From Hemiscyllium ocellatum (Eukaryota): a stretch of 64,000 nucleotides of DNA. A model generated the notes under the pieces. The model searched no databases, had not been told where the DNA came from, and saw only the letters and a list, made by a program, of their open reading frames with translations. The position numbers and the translations under genes are program-made. The stretch is taken from contig NC_083407.1 of assembly GCF_020745735.1 (NCBI RefSeq), forward strand, positions 48,289,857-48,353,856, written 5' to 3'. Positions 50,028-62,949 of this stretch are shown here, piece by piece (position 1 is the stretch's first letter; each line of letters opens with the position of its first letter).

Positions 50028-52404
50028 GGCAAACAAAGAAAGGATGCAAGGGAATATTAACAACAATGTTAAACTAAGCTCAAACACTTTAAAAACAATG
50101 TGTAAACAGTTTGCTGGGATAAAACAGAAAATGCTGGAGAAAGAGCTAATGTTTCACGTCTGATGTATCTCTTCCCTTGAATAGACACTGGCCCAAAGGC
50201 TTTTTGTGCAACTTCATGCTCCCACACCCGGTCTCATCTGACTTTTCAGGTCACATCTTCCTAGAAAATTCAACACCACATCCATTCAGCCTTTGGGTCA
50301 ACATTTACACATCGTTGAACATGAAAAAAATGGAAAATGGGGTTACTGAGGTTTATAAGTAAAGGAGTAGAATTTAACACTAGTGAGATAATTGTGGACA
50401 ATACCACAGCATGAAGAATGTAAAGTCATTCAAAAGGGTAATAGGGGCTTACTGAGATGTTACTGATGATAAGAAACTTAATTGTGAGGAGAGGGTGAAA
50501 TAGAATTGTTCTATGGAGTGACCTGATGACAGATATTGGTAGAGTAAATAGTAAAAAAAAAATTCTCTGTTGAATAACTAGAAGACAAGGATTCAAAATC
50601 ATTAGCAAAGGTCTAGGATGCAGATGAGAAGTCTTTTCACTTAGTTGTTGTAGTCTGGAATATTCTACATGGAAACAGAATTCACGAATAATTTAATGTG
50701 AGTTGAATAGATGTCTGAGGACGATGAACAAAAAGCTGGGAAACTAGAACTAAACACAACTGCTCTTCCATAATAGACATAATAGGACAAATGGTCTCCT
50801 TCTGAGCTGTAAGTTTCTTTGTATCTTTGATTCATATGCAATGTTCTTACCTTTCTTTTGATATCAGTAAACTGAGAGAACATTAAAGACCAGTAGAATG
50901 CCAGCTCCATAATGTAATAGTAATGGAGATCAGAGGTTAGAGCCTATTGAGAAAAGAAAGTAAGTTAATATTGAATACATAGTGGATTTATCAGGTCAGA
51001 AAAATGATACAAAAAAACAGCGAAAAGGACTGGCTGTAAAATTCATGAGTGGCAATTCCTCAGTTTGATCATTGGAATTAAAATTAGCTTTATTGTCACA
51101 TGTACTCACACAAGTATGGTGAAAGGTTTACAAATGGCCACTTATGGCACCATATGAAGTACAACGGGACCTAGATACAGATTCTTAAGTAAAAGTTTGT
51201 AGCGAAAAGAAATTAAGAAGAAGAAATAAAATGTCTAGCAATAAATTAGAAAGTTGGTCTTATCAACACAGATATTTAGCACTTCATAATGTGGACAATT
51301 GTTATCATACATTATTATTCTGCATTTATATGTTTCAAGAAAATCAATGTATTTGCTATGTGGTGATGCACCAAAACCATTTTTCCCTCGCCGATTATTT
51401 AAAAAAAAAATCGATTTCCCCGAATACTCTTAAGTGAAAGCATTTTCCAAGTTGGAGAAATACATTATGACAGAAAAATATTTACCAGGCAAGGGAATGG
51501 GAAAAGTTCAGAAAACTTTAACAAAAGAAATATAATGAAAATAAAAGGCCATTGAGTATTTAAATATAAATGAACGTTCAGAAGGAATACTTCTACATCA
51601 GGATTGGCTCATTTTGTTGGGAAAAATTATTTGTATCAATATCCAGTTAATAATTTTAAAAAGTTCTCTTTCTTATCTGAAAAAATATTCAAAGAATTTT
51701 AATGCGGTTGAAGACATAGATTTTAGTTTGGGTAGGTAAATGCAGGCATGTTGGAAAACTGGTTCCAACCATTTCTGCATTTCACCCCATTGTGTTAGGT
51801 TTCCTATATGCAACTCCCAGCTGAAGAGGCCAACTGTCTACTGTAATGTTGTTCAGTCAGTCAGTATTATGGTAATGTAAGTTTTGTCTTTATCTTTGAC
51901 TCCGTGGGCTTCCCAAATATCTTGGAACTCATTACTGAAAATGAAGTGAAAAGATTGTAGTAATTGAGGGGACTGAAGCCATGACAGGAAGATGTCAAGA
52001 TGTACTCAGTACTCACAGCTGCTTTCAGAGTTGCATGAAAAAGAGTTTGTTCACAGTAATTGTGCTAAAAGATGTGTTCACAAACTTTGGAGGTGCCATC
52101 TATGTTTCAGAGGTTCATTGGTCTAAAGAATGCTTTGGAACTCTGATCTCTGAGTGTGATTGTGTGGAAGCAGCAGGGCCTGCACGAGCAACAGGCTACT
52201 ACTCAGAGACATGCAGCTTCAAAGGAGAGTATGAGCACACAGATACAGCTTGACACAGCCAGCATGCTTGACCTGAGTCTTCAGAGCCACATTTGGCTCT
52301 CTGCTTTAGTGCCAAGCCAAAGTTGGAGCATCTCAGCTGGCACCTGATATGCATTAGTACTTTGATAGTGCATGCTGACAGTGTGTGACTCCTCTGGAGA
52401 ACCA

Positions 52405-52630
52405 GAGCTGAAAATGTGTTGCTGGAAAAGCGCAGCAGGTCATGCAGCATCCAAGGAACAGGAGATTCGACGTTTCAGGCATAAGCCCTTCTTCAGGAAA
52501 GTAGGGCTTTCCTGCATTCCTGAAGAAGGGCTTATGCCCGAAACGTCGAATCTCCTGTTCCTTGGATGCTGCCTGACCTGCTGCGCTTTTCCAGCAACAC
52601 ATTTTCAGCTCTGATCTCCAGCATCACTTT
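52405..52630. mobile_element. PLE family A inverted terminal cassette, young, with an HHR on each strand
   Basis: 16-bp TSD CTCCTCTGGAGAACCA at 52389-52404 and 52631-52646; about 95-bp near-perfect arms. Confidence 0.95.
52516..52551 (+). ncRNA. Minimal type I hammerhead ribozyme, family A, best-preserved copy
   Basis: Stem I ATTC/GAAT; CTGAAGA plus extra A; stem II GGGC-TTAT-GCCC; GAAA; palindromic helix III ACGT. Predicted cleavage after GUC (52547). A second copy lies on the minus strand at 52465-52499. Confidence 0.88.
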
Positions 52631-54589
52631 CTCCTCTGGAGAACCACTCATGATTTCCATGACCTGAACTACCACAAATGGGATGTGCAAAAATTCCATG
52701 GGAGTTAAAAGCTGTGAATGAGTACTTTCAAGATAAGGATATGGGGATTATTATCCTGCACATCAACAAATTTCACTCACTATTGATATCAAGTCAAGAT
52801 TGCATTGCATACCATGTGTTGTCATTAGGTAGCTGAAAGATCTCTATTGATGCCCTGTAAATCCCTGTCTGACACCAGGTACACTGAGACTCCACTGATT
52901 GACAGTGTCTGCTCTTCTCCATGTGTTAGCTGTGGGATGGTTGGAGTTCATTAGGGAAAGTAGAGTCATTAAGGACATTTAAGTGCTTGCTAGACATGCA
53001 CATGGACAGCAGTGAATTCAGGGGTGCATAGGTAAGGTTATTTTATTTTACATTAGGATTAATCCTCGGCAAAACACCATAGGCTGAAGGCTCTATTCTG
53101 TGTTGTATTTTTCTCTGTTCTAGTTCAGTTCTCTGCCATCCCTCTGTGTTCTGTGGAGTCTTTGTGTACAGAGAGCAAAAGAACAAACATGACATATGTT
53201 TACCAAATTGATTCAAAACATTGACCATGAGGAAGGGGCATAACATCATATGATAATGACGGTCAAAGTCAGTGGTGGATGGTCAAACAAGGATGTGAGC
53301 ATAGACTGACAGGATATACCTGCAAGGTAATGTGGGATGAGGAGTGATGTGCTTGTGAAGGCTGAATGATGGGTATGTAGTATTTTTATAGCAGAGTGTT
53401 GGTGAATATGCCATGATAACCACCTTTCCTGCACTGCTCAGATCACTGATCAACTTCTGTATCATATCCAAGTGCGTGCACCAGGCGCCTGCACGCCATT
53501 AATGATGTATTGCCATTAACTGTGCTGCCTTAGTGTTCCCAGTTGATTTCTTGCTCATGGTGCTAGGGAATAGTACATCTTCCCACGTTCTCCCATCACA
53601 AGAACAGAATATCCAGATAGTCATCACAAAAATAAACTGCAGTCTTTAACCTCTTAGATTCTGTTCTGGCACAAAATTGCCTTTGGCTCCTAACTGTTCC
53701 TTAGTTTTGTATGTTTGAATGTGGCTTTAAGTAGTGGAGATGAAACCATAATATGCAGGTCTTCCTGTATGCAGTTAGTGTTCGAAATCCTAAAGTCATA
53801 TGGAATGTAGTGAATGTTTAAATAACCAGCCACAGATGCACAGCACTGAATTCTGGGTTATGTGCATGCTTCTGGACAGTCTCTATGTGGAACTCTTCTT
53901 TGCCTTTAGTGTCCAGGCATTCTGGCAGCCTGGCAGTTGGTCTTGTCCAGGAGTGGCGGTCTTGGCCTGGGGTGGTGGTCTTCTTTGGTGCAGGCTTCTT
54001 ACTCAGTATTCCAGCAGACCGGCATGGCATTCTCATCCTGGTTGCATCTTCAGGGTATTCCATCATTCCGTAACTGGCTGTCCCCAAGCACAGGACCCAT
54101 TAACTGAACTGTGATGAACTTTGTCTTAATTTTACATTTCTTTATTATGTGTGACTTCTGTCAGTGATGTGGGTGCCATGGAGGGGTGACTTATAAAACT
54201 TTTCATTGTATTTTTCATGTAAAACTACACGTGACAGTAAATCTCTATTCTATACTACCCTAGTCTGTTCCTAGTGAGTATCATAAACTTAAAAACAATT
54301 ATCCCCATGTCAAGTCTCCCATCATAATGTGGTGACACTTTGCATATAATATGCAAAAATAACTTTCCACTGTATTTTTTATATACATGTGACAATAAAT
54401 CTAAATCTAATCTACATCTCACTCCCACCCATCCTTCCTCTTTTGATAAATTCTATAATCCTGAGTGACCTTGAAAAGCCCAAATGAAAATAATGGGGTC
54501 CCAACTGTGTATCAGTCATGGCCCAGTATATATACTTTCTTGAGTACCTTTTGGAAGTACAAGTAAAGTACCGTACTGAATGTTAATAG

Positions 54590-55090
54590 ACAAGATGAAG
54601 GCTTATAGAGTTGAGGTTATATATTAGCATGGACGAAAGATTGGTAATGGACAGGAAAAAAAGAGTAGAGACAAGTCTCTTTCAAGCTGGCAAGATGTGA
54701 TTCATGGAATGCTACAAGAATTGGTATTCTGGCCTCTGCTATTTACAGTCTATATTACTGACATGGACATTGAGATTGACAGAAATACATCCAATGTAGG
54801 AGCAAATTACTACAAATGCTGGAATTTGAATTGAAAGCAAAATATGCTGGAGATCCCAGCAGGTCAGCCAGCGTCCATGGAGAGAAACAATCTAAAGTTT
54901 CAAGTCTAGATGACTGTTCATCACAGTATCCAAGTTTGCTTATGATACAAAGTTAGGTGGAATGTAATCTGTGAGGAGAACACACAGAGATATAGAAACA
55001 ACATTTGAGTAGGCCACAAGACGGCAGGTGGAATGTATTGTGAGAAGGTGTGATGTTATTTAGATTGATAATAAGAACAGAAAAGCAGCC
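54590..55090 (+). mobile_element. Old CR1 RT fragment containing an old minus-strand PLE terminus (about 54795-54926)
   Basis: PLLFTVYITD..SKFAYDTK; ATCCAA duplicated around the insert. Confidence 0.7.
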
Positions 55091-55704
55091 CTGCATCCTG
55101 TATAACCTCAGCCCCTCTTTCTGTTACTCTTTCTGAGATCCTAAAGTAAATTTTAAACCTTCTTTTACCACTGTGTCTTTTTCCACTATTATCTTGTAAT
55201 AATTTGCAATTTACTAAAGAGTTGTTAAAAGCCTAATCTACAGTTTGGACATTGTAACTATTTACTATTGGGCACATTCCAGACGAACCCACGCTAATAC
55301 CAGTGAAGTGAATTGGACTTGGAGGCTGATGTGTCTTTTACATTTGTTTGTTTATGAAGTAATGTTACTCTGACATTAACCTTTATGAACAAGTGTCGTG
55401 ATGGAACTTTCATCATTATCCTATTACTCATGCTTAACAGGGTACTTTTAAATTAGTTCTGTTTTTATGAATTATGTTTTTGATTTTTCAAAGTGAATAA
55501 TACATTGCTGCTCTCTTTCCCTACCATAGCTTGTACTTTGAGCATGTTATATAGTGTAAAACAGATATTAAGCTGAGTGTAATAATTAAATAGTACATAC
55601 TGCTTATCCAGATGAATAACCAAGTGACTTGATTTATTATGGATGGTATCTAGCTTCTTGAATGCTGCTGCCGCTGCACTCATACAACGATGTGCCAGTA
55701 TTGG

Positions 55705-55833
55705 ACTGGGGTGGACAAAGTCAGAAGTCACATGACACCAGATCATAGTCTAACAAGTTTATGTGAAATCACACACTTTCAGAGCCCTGCTCTCTCATGC
55801 ATATTCACCTATAACCTGGTGTCATGTGACTTT
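55705..55833. mobile_element. Old PLE family B-like inverted terminal cassette
   Basis: Reverse complement of the CTATAACCTGGTGT tail followed by a forward copy. Confidence 0.65.
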
Positions 55834-56171
55834 GCACTTAAGCAGGCATGTGGAGGGTATTCTATCGTGCTTTGTAGAGAGCTCGGGTATGATGCAATAA
55901 GTATGACCTTATAAAGTGGTTGCTTCATTACTTTTTAGCATAGCTCTCTCAACTTGGCACAAGCCCCTTCCATGCTGGTAAGGAGGACATTACATGGTTG
56001 ATATGGCTGGGTGTGTCATTCTTGTTTCTGGTGCCAAGGTTAAAGATGGTTGGTCATCCGAATATTTCCCGTTCTGTCTTTTCTCTAGTAGTTTGATAAA
56101 ACTGAGTGGCTTTTGAACCTTTGCAGAGAGCATTTAAGAGTCAACAATCTTGCTGTGGATCTGGATACATA

Positions 56172-57005
56172 TTACATAGAACACAGGAACGGGCCCTTCA
56201 GCCCATGATGTTGTGCCAAACATGACGCCAGATTAAACCAATCACTTCTACTTGCCCTTGATCCATATCCCTTCATTCCTTGCACATTCATGTGCTTATG
56301 TAAAAGTCTCTTAAACACCCCTATTGTTTCACATTCTACACTCTTACCACTCTGTAAAAAACTTGCCTGTCACACCTCCTTTAAACTCTTCCACTCTCAC
56401 CTTAAATGCATGCCCCTCGTATTAGACATTTCAACTTAGGGAACAGGATTCTGACGGTCAACACTATCAATGCATCTTATAATTTTACGGATTTCTATCA
56501 AGTTTCCCCTCAGCCTCCACTCCTCCAGAGAAAACAACCTGAGTTTTTCTAGCCTCTCCTTATAGTTCATACACTCTGATCCAGGCAGCATCTTGGTAAA
56601 CCTCTTCTGAACCCTCTCCAAAGCCTCCACGTCCTTCCTGTAATGTTGCAAATAGAATTGTTTGCAGTATTCTAAGTGTGGCCTAACTAAAGCTCCAACA
56701 TGACAACCTGACTCTTGCAATCAATTCCCCGACCAACTAAGGCAAGGATGCCATACGTCTTCCTTACCACCCTATCTAATTGTGTGGCCACTTTCAGGGA
56801 GCTTTGGATTTGAACATCAAGATCCTTCTAGACATCAATGCTGTTCAGGGTCCTGAACTGTATACTTTTCCTTAATATTTGTTCTGCCAAAGTGTGGCAT
56901 TTCACTCTTACACAAATTCAACTCCACCTGCCATTACTCTGCCCATATCTGCAATTTACCTATATGTCAATGCATCTTTTGACAACCTTCAGTACTATCT
57001 ACAAC
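56172..57005 (-). mobile_element. CR1 3' portion
   Basis: LVRPHLEYCKQF..RKDVEALERVQKRFTKMLPG. Confidence 0.92.
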
Positions 57006-58274
57006 TCTACTGACCGTTATAATGCCTGTGTCATTATGGATGGCAGATTTCATTCCCTGAAAGGCATTTGTGAACAAGATGGCTTTTCATGGCAGTTGTC
57101 ACTGGCTTCATGGTCAATATTATAAAGACCATCTTTTAATTTCAGATGTATAAACTAATGTCAATTACACCAATTGCCATGGAGGGATTTGAATCTGAGT
57201 CCACACAGCATTAGTGTGGGTCTCTGGATTGCCAGCTCAGTGACATTACCACTGTGCCACAACTTCACATTGAATATGGATTTTCATCAATTTATATGGA
57301 TTTATATTAAATCAAATAAAGTACTGTATTTAGTCATTATATAATATCTAAAACTGTAGTCTGATAAAATATTTAGCTTTGACATTTTAAAATCTGTGCT
57401 TTTTAGAAATAACAGTCTCGGAAATTTTAATGGCCCTTTTGTATTTGGGATAGTATCTCATTGCATAGAATGTAATTACATTAACAGTCTTTTAAAAATA
57501 TGTCAGTTTCAAATTGTAATTGCTTCAGGAATCTGTTATATTGTCACAACAATGTGTAATTGAAAATTACAAATTGTCTATGCATGTTATAATCACAACA
57601 GTTCAGTAAATTACCAAATAAAATTTTCTGTTGTTGCAACATTTATGTTTCAAATATTAATGTAATATCAAAAATTTCCAGTTAAATGGTACTTCTCAAA
57701 TCATGATAAATGGGATATATTCTGGGCACAATAAATTAAAAAAACCTTAGTCAAATAAGCTCAGACTCTCAATCTGTAAGATATTAATAAATAATCATTC
57801 TCATTGTTGCTTCACGGTTTCTAACTCTAAAAGATCCACAGTATACCCTTTTATCAATGGCACACTATATTTTGACTCAAACTTTAAACTGGGACTGGAA
57901 ATTTATATTTTTAATGCTCTGGTGTTACTAATATATTTTCAATAGTTTTAATGCTATGGTTGCCAGTCAGAGATCATCATCAATACAGTTGTAAGGCAAA
58001 GATTGATCAGGCACAAATTAACATGATGGAGCAGAATTAGCTGTCAACTTTGAAGTAATGCTGGAGCAAAATAAATAAAAATGAATGTATGTAGATTTCA
58101 GAAACTGGTTGTTTTGTTAACAACATGATGTTTCTAACTTAGTTATTGGGACTGTCAACATTTTATAAAGGGCTGAATCTTGCACTTATTTTGGCGAAGT
58201 GTCAGTTGCGTCGAGTTATTTTGGAGCGTTTTTGACCATGAGGCCTACTGCATTTTCTCACCACATTATAATGA

Positions 58275-59150
58275 GATCATAGTATGTAGGAACAGAAAAA
58301 TGCTGTTCAACTCATCAAGCTTGCTCTGTCATTCAACAGATGATCATGGCTTATCTGATAAACCTCAACTCCACCTTCCTTCCTTTTCTTCATAACCCTT
58401 GATTCCCTTACTAATTAGAAATCTTATTACCTCAACCTTGAATATATTTAATTAGCCAACTTTTACAACCCAATGTGGTAAAGAATTCCATAGATTTACT
58501 ACCATCTGAGAGAAGATATTCCTCCTCAACTCTGTCTTAAATAGGTGACCTCTTATTCTGTGGTTATGACCTCTAGTGCTGGACTCTTCCACAAGGAGAA
58601 ACAACTTTCCACACCTACCTTGTCAAGTTTTCTAAGAATCTTGAATGTATTAATAAGGTCTCCTCTCAATCTTCTAAACTTCAATGAGTATAAGCCCAAC
58701 CTATTCAATCTCTTCTCATATGATAATCGCTCCACACCTGGGATCAACCCAGTCAATATTCTCTAAAATGCGTTGAATACCAATTTATCTTTTCTTTAAT
58801 AAGGGGACTGAAACTTTTCACAATATTTCAGCTATGGTCTGATTAGTGCTTTTTATAATTTAGCAAGATTTCCCTATTTTTAGAACTCCATTCCCTTTGT
58901 GAAGAAAAGGCAATAATCTATTTGTCTTCACTATTACCAGCTAAACTTGTATACTAGCTTTTTGTGATTTATGCGCTCCCAAATTACTCTGCAATGCAGC
59001 TTTCTGCAGTCTTTCACTATTTAAATAAAAGTCAGCTCCTCTACTCTTCCTGTCAAAATGCATAACCTCACATTTTCCCATATTATATTCCATCTGCCAA
59101 GTTCTTTTCCCAGTCATTCAACCTGTCTATATTCCTTTGCAGATGCTTTG
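58275..59150 (-). mobile_element. Old CR1 3' portion
   Basis: LSYEKRLNRLGLYSLKFRRLRGDLI. Confidence 0.9.
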
Positions 59151-59394
59151 AATCATCCTCAGTACTCTGCTATGAAATTTGCTTCATTAATAACCTACGC
59201 CACCTCTATAGCACCTCTCATGTCAAATTTTAGCCCAATCTTACCACATGCCATTCCCGGAACAACTCGCCAATCAGAATATTCCACAATTGGCCCAATC
59301 AGGTGCCAACTTTAAAAAGCAGTTGTGCACTTGGATGAGCATTATCAGGCTGGAGCTGTCCTATATGGTTCCTGACACTTGCCCAGACATTGGA

Positions 59395-59605
59395 GACAAG
59401 GGGAAATTGGCATACCTCTTTGTGGCCAGGGACCTGGAGGTCCTGCTGGATATGGTGCTGATAGGTGGAATGTTGTCTTCCCACAGGACCAAAAGATGAG
59501 ACCATGACACCAGGCCATGGTATGGGTCAGTGCAGTCTCAGCCATCTGGAGGAATGTATAATATTGTGGGAAGAAGGTCAATGACATTCTCCACTTGGCC
59601 AGTGT
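59395..59605 (+). mobile_element. PIF/Harbinger-type Myb/SANT-like ORF remnant; the element probably extends about 59160-61040
   Basis: LFVARDLEVLLD..VFPQD..VSAVSAIWRNV*YCGKKVNDIL. Confidence 0.55.
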
Positions 59606-61045
59606 AGGTATCACCATCTTCGCTCTGATACATCACATTCACTAGATCTCTGCTGCTCCACCCATCTCCCACCATGGCTCATGCTCTACCACCCTCAGTA
59701 ACACATGCAACACCTTCCCTCACTTACTGTCACTCATGGCAACTCCCAACAGCACTAACCGTGCATGCCCTCTGCTGCCAGCTCACTCACTTGGGACATC
59801 TCCCCACCGATAGCAAAAGTAAGAGCTGTGCCACCCACTCTTATCTCCCTTAATAACTGCCCTGTATCATTTTAGGAGAAAAATAACCCATAGTGGGCAG
59901 AAAGGGTCAAGAGGGTGATGAGTTGATTGACAGTTGAATTCTCACTCCATATGTAGACAGCACATTTCCATTTCCAAGCCTCTGCACTGATATTGGAGGC
60001 TGCCCTCAGCATATTGTGTTGGCATCCCTTTATGAAAGAAATGTCCCATGACTTGACTGAGCACTGCTGACAACCATGACGAGCTTCCTGGTTTTGTGGC
60101 TGCACTAAAGAGAACAGCAATACATCAGTACAGTAAGCCTGGTATCGCTGGCTGAGGGCAAAGCACAAAAAGGCAAGGTAAGGCAATGCAAGGATTCTGT
60201 GAGCATCCCAGTAGGCTCAGAATGAGTGAGTGATATGATAGCAAGTGAACAAAACGGAGATGCAGTCTGGTCTAGTCCATGAGCTGGGTGGGTATTCCTG
60301 ACTACACAGTGTTCTTGCAGCAGCGTTACAATGATAGTTATAGCTGCAGCCCGAGGTGCAGTAATGAAGTGCAGAGGCGTACACGAGCATTCTTAAAGGC
60401 CAGTATACGTTGGATGCTAATGTCTGTGGGTAAGAGATGTATAAGGCTGTAACCTCAGAGTATTCTCTGAGATGTTAGTGCCCAATGTCCTTAGAGTAGT
60501 GGTAGAGCTGAAATTATCAGGTATCTGCCTTGACTTTCAGGTCAAGTATACTTGAAGTCTCGATTGCTCGGCATGTGGGGTCAGTTAGGAAGGTGAAACT
60601 TAACAAGGTGAGTTGTAGCATTACTTAAACATTTAACAAACAATAATCCCCTTTAGTTGGTAACTCATTGCTGTCTAGTGAAAAACTTGGCTAGTGAGAA
60701 ACATCCACTGGACATGTGCATAAAAAGTACAGCGAGTGCTCCCAATGTTGAGATAGATCTCACCAGACTTCTCACACAATTCAGCCATAAGATTCCACCA
60801 GTGCAATTCCCACACCACACTTAACAGAAAGAGGGAATCCATTCCAAAGGCAATACTGAGCATCTTGTGGGTTCAGTCCAAGAACCGAGCATCACTTTCT
60901 TCCCAGGTGTGCTGCCAATCACTGAAGGACTACCAGCCTTTGAATGGCCTCTTAGCTGTCCCTCCCTCTTCCAAATGCTAATTCACTGTCTCTAAACACG
61001 GAACACTCCTGCTCCCCACATCCAGAAACGTGCAAATAATTCTAA

Positions 61046-61903
61046 AAGGATGTTGTCAGGGTTGGAGGGTTTGAGCTATAGGGAGAGACTGAATAGACAG
61101 GGGCTATTTTACCTGGAGCATCAGAGGCTAAGGAGTGACTTTAAAGAGGTTCATAAAATCATAAGGGGCATGGATAGCGTAAATAGACAAGGTTCATGTA
61201 AGACTCTGTTATCTCACTTTTTAGATTCGAATCAGTCTAAACATTATGGCACAGACAGAGAACACAGGAGGGCTAACACCTTTAACATATTGTCTGGCTA
61301 ACACCAATTGTTTCAGTTAACTTGAGAATGTAACTTTAGAAAAAGTTTTGTGATTTACACATGAAAGAGTGAAAATATAGTATTTGTACAGATGAAAGAC
61401 TCAACAAACAATCAAGGTATTTTTCAATGTATAATTTCAGTTACATCACACTGTAAACTTTTGCTATAAATTCTTTGTCTTACAATTGTGTCCTCCACAA
61501 TCACCTGATGAAGGAGCAGCGCTCTGAAAGCTAGTGCTTCCAATTAAACCTGTTGGACTATAACCTGGTGTTGTGAGATTTTTAACTTTGTAAATAGACA
61601 AGGCCTTTTCCCCAGGGTGGGGAAGTCCAAAACCAGAGGGCAGGGGTTTAAGGCGAGAGTGGAAAGATTTAAAAGGGACCTAATGGTGGTGCGTACATGG
61701 ATTGAGCTGTCAGGGGAAGTGGGGGAGGCTGGTACAATTACAACATTTAAGAGGCATCTGGATGAGTGTATGAATAGGAAATGTTTAGATAGATATGAGC
61801 CAAATGAAAGCAAATGGGGCTAGATTTACTTAGGATATTTGGTCAGCATGGATGTGTTGGACTGAAGGGTCTGTTTCTGTGCTGTACGCCTCTATGACTC
61901 TAT
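61046..61903 (+). mobile_element. CR1 3' portion interrupted by PLE-B
   Basis: MLSGLEGLSYRERLNR..TFKRHLD; tail CTCTATGACTCTATG. Confidence 0.92.
61193..61589 (+). mobile_element. PLE family B 3' fragment with hammerhead at 61502-61536
   Basis: 14-bp TSD GTAAATAGACAAGG at 61179-61192 and 61590-61603. Collinear with 12330-12399 plus 13134-13452, showing the empty site of the nested PLE-A. CAC-CTGATGA-A-GGAGC-AGC-GCTCT-GAAA-GC-TA-GTG. Confidence 0.93.
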
Positions 61904-62949
61904 GGTCAAGTTTGTGTTTTGGTCTTTCTTCCTGGTATCTCTCCCACAGATTTTCCAAAAGAAAACCCACAGTAGACACTGGCTGTGGCCAGTCAGCTTG
62001 GGGTTAGTCCTCTGACTGAGGAGATTCTAAATCTGGTTATATTTTCTTTTTTTCTCTCTTTTTTTTAAACTGACTGTGTCCAGCCAGCTGTCAAACTGAG
62101 GAGATTCTAATTTCCTGGTTATATTCAAATTGCTGGATGAATTACAAGAGCGGTGAGCTGGGGCACTTGATTGGATATTAATTGTCTATTTATGAGTCTC
62201 AATTGGCAGTGAGCTGGGAAGGCTGTCCTCAAACCTCCTGCCCCAGACTTAATTAAGGAAGAGATGAGGAAGTGGCAGGATCCTCTCCCAGTGTCCTCCT
62301 GTTCAAAGAAATGTCCCACCCTTCACCAAATTCATCAAATGGGAGTTATATTGTAGCATGATGTCATCAGTAAATTTTGAAAAATTGCAATTACCACCAT
62401 CTTTTCAAGGGCAAACAGAGATAGGCAACTAATACTAGCCAGCCAGTGACACCAACATTCTATAAAATGAACAAATAATAAAACAAAAATTGGCCCCCAC
62501 ATCCAAATCATTTTATAGACTGTGGAAGTTATAGACCTTGCACTGTTCCTTGCAGTACTCCTATAGTAACAGCTTACCATCCTGAAAATGATCCATTTAT
62601 TCCTACTCTTTGCTTTATGATTTAATCAATTCTCAATCCATACGAATACATTTCTTCCAGTCCCATGTGGTCTAAAATTATTGACTAATCTTCTTTGTGA
62701 GACCTGATCAAAAGCCTTCTGAAAATTTAATACATCAGATCACAGGTCCTTTATCAATGCTAAAAGTAATATTCTCAAAGAACTCTAACAATATGATTTC
62801 TCTTTCATAAATCTAATTTACTCTGTCCAATTTTATCATTCTTCTTTCAATTTCTAATTATACATGCACTTATGAAAGTAGTGATTCACCCAATGACACT
62901 GCTCATCAAGAAATTCCAGGTTGATTTGCTATACTGTTCTAATATAGTA

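Noticed and set aside
52354-52614. Near-identical ORFs on both strands (MCCWKSAAG...GCCLTCCAF), with similar Cys-rich peptides elsewhere
   Set aside because: Artefact of the palindromic non-coding PLE terminus.
53800-54410. 104-aa ORF and two GTGACA(A/G)TAAATCT tails
   Set aside because: No recognisable domain; the tails indicate decayed non-LTR retroelement ends, family not assignable.
62015-62125. About 29-bp direct repeat with a spacer (CRISPR-like look)
   Set aside because: Only two imperfect copies in a vertebrate context; a local duplication.
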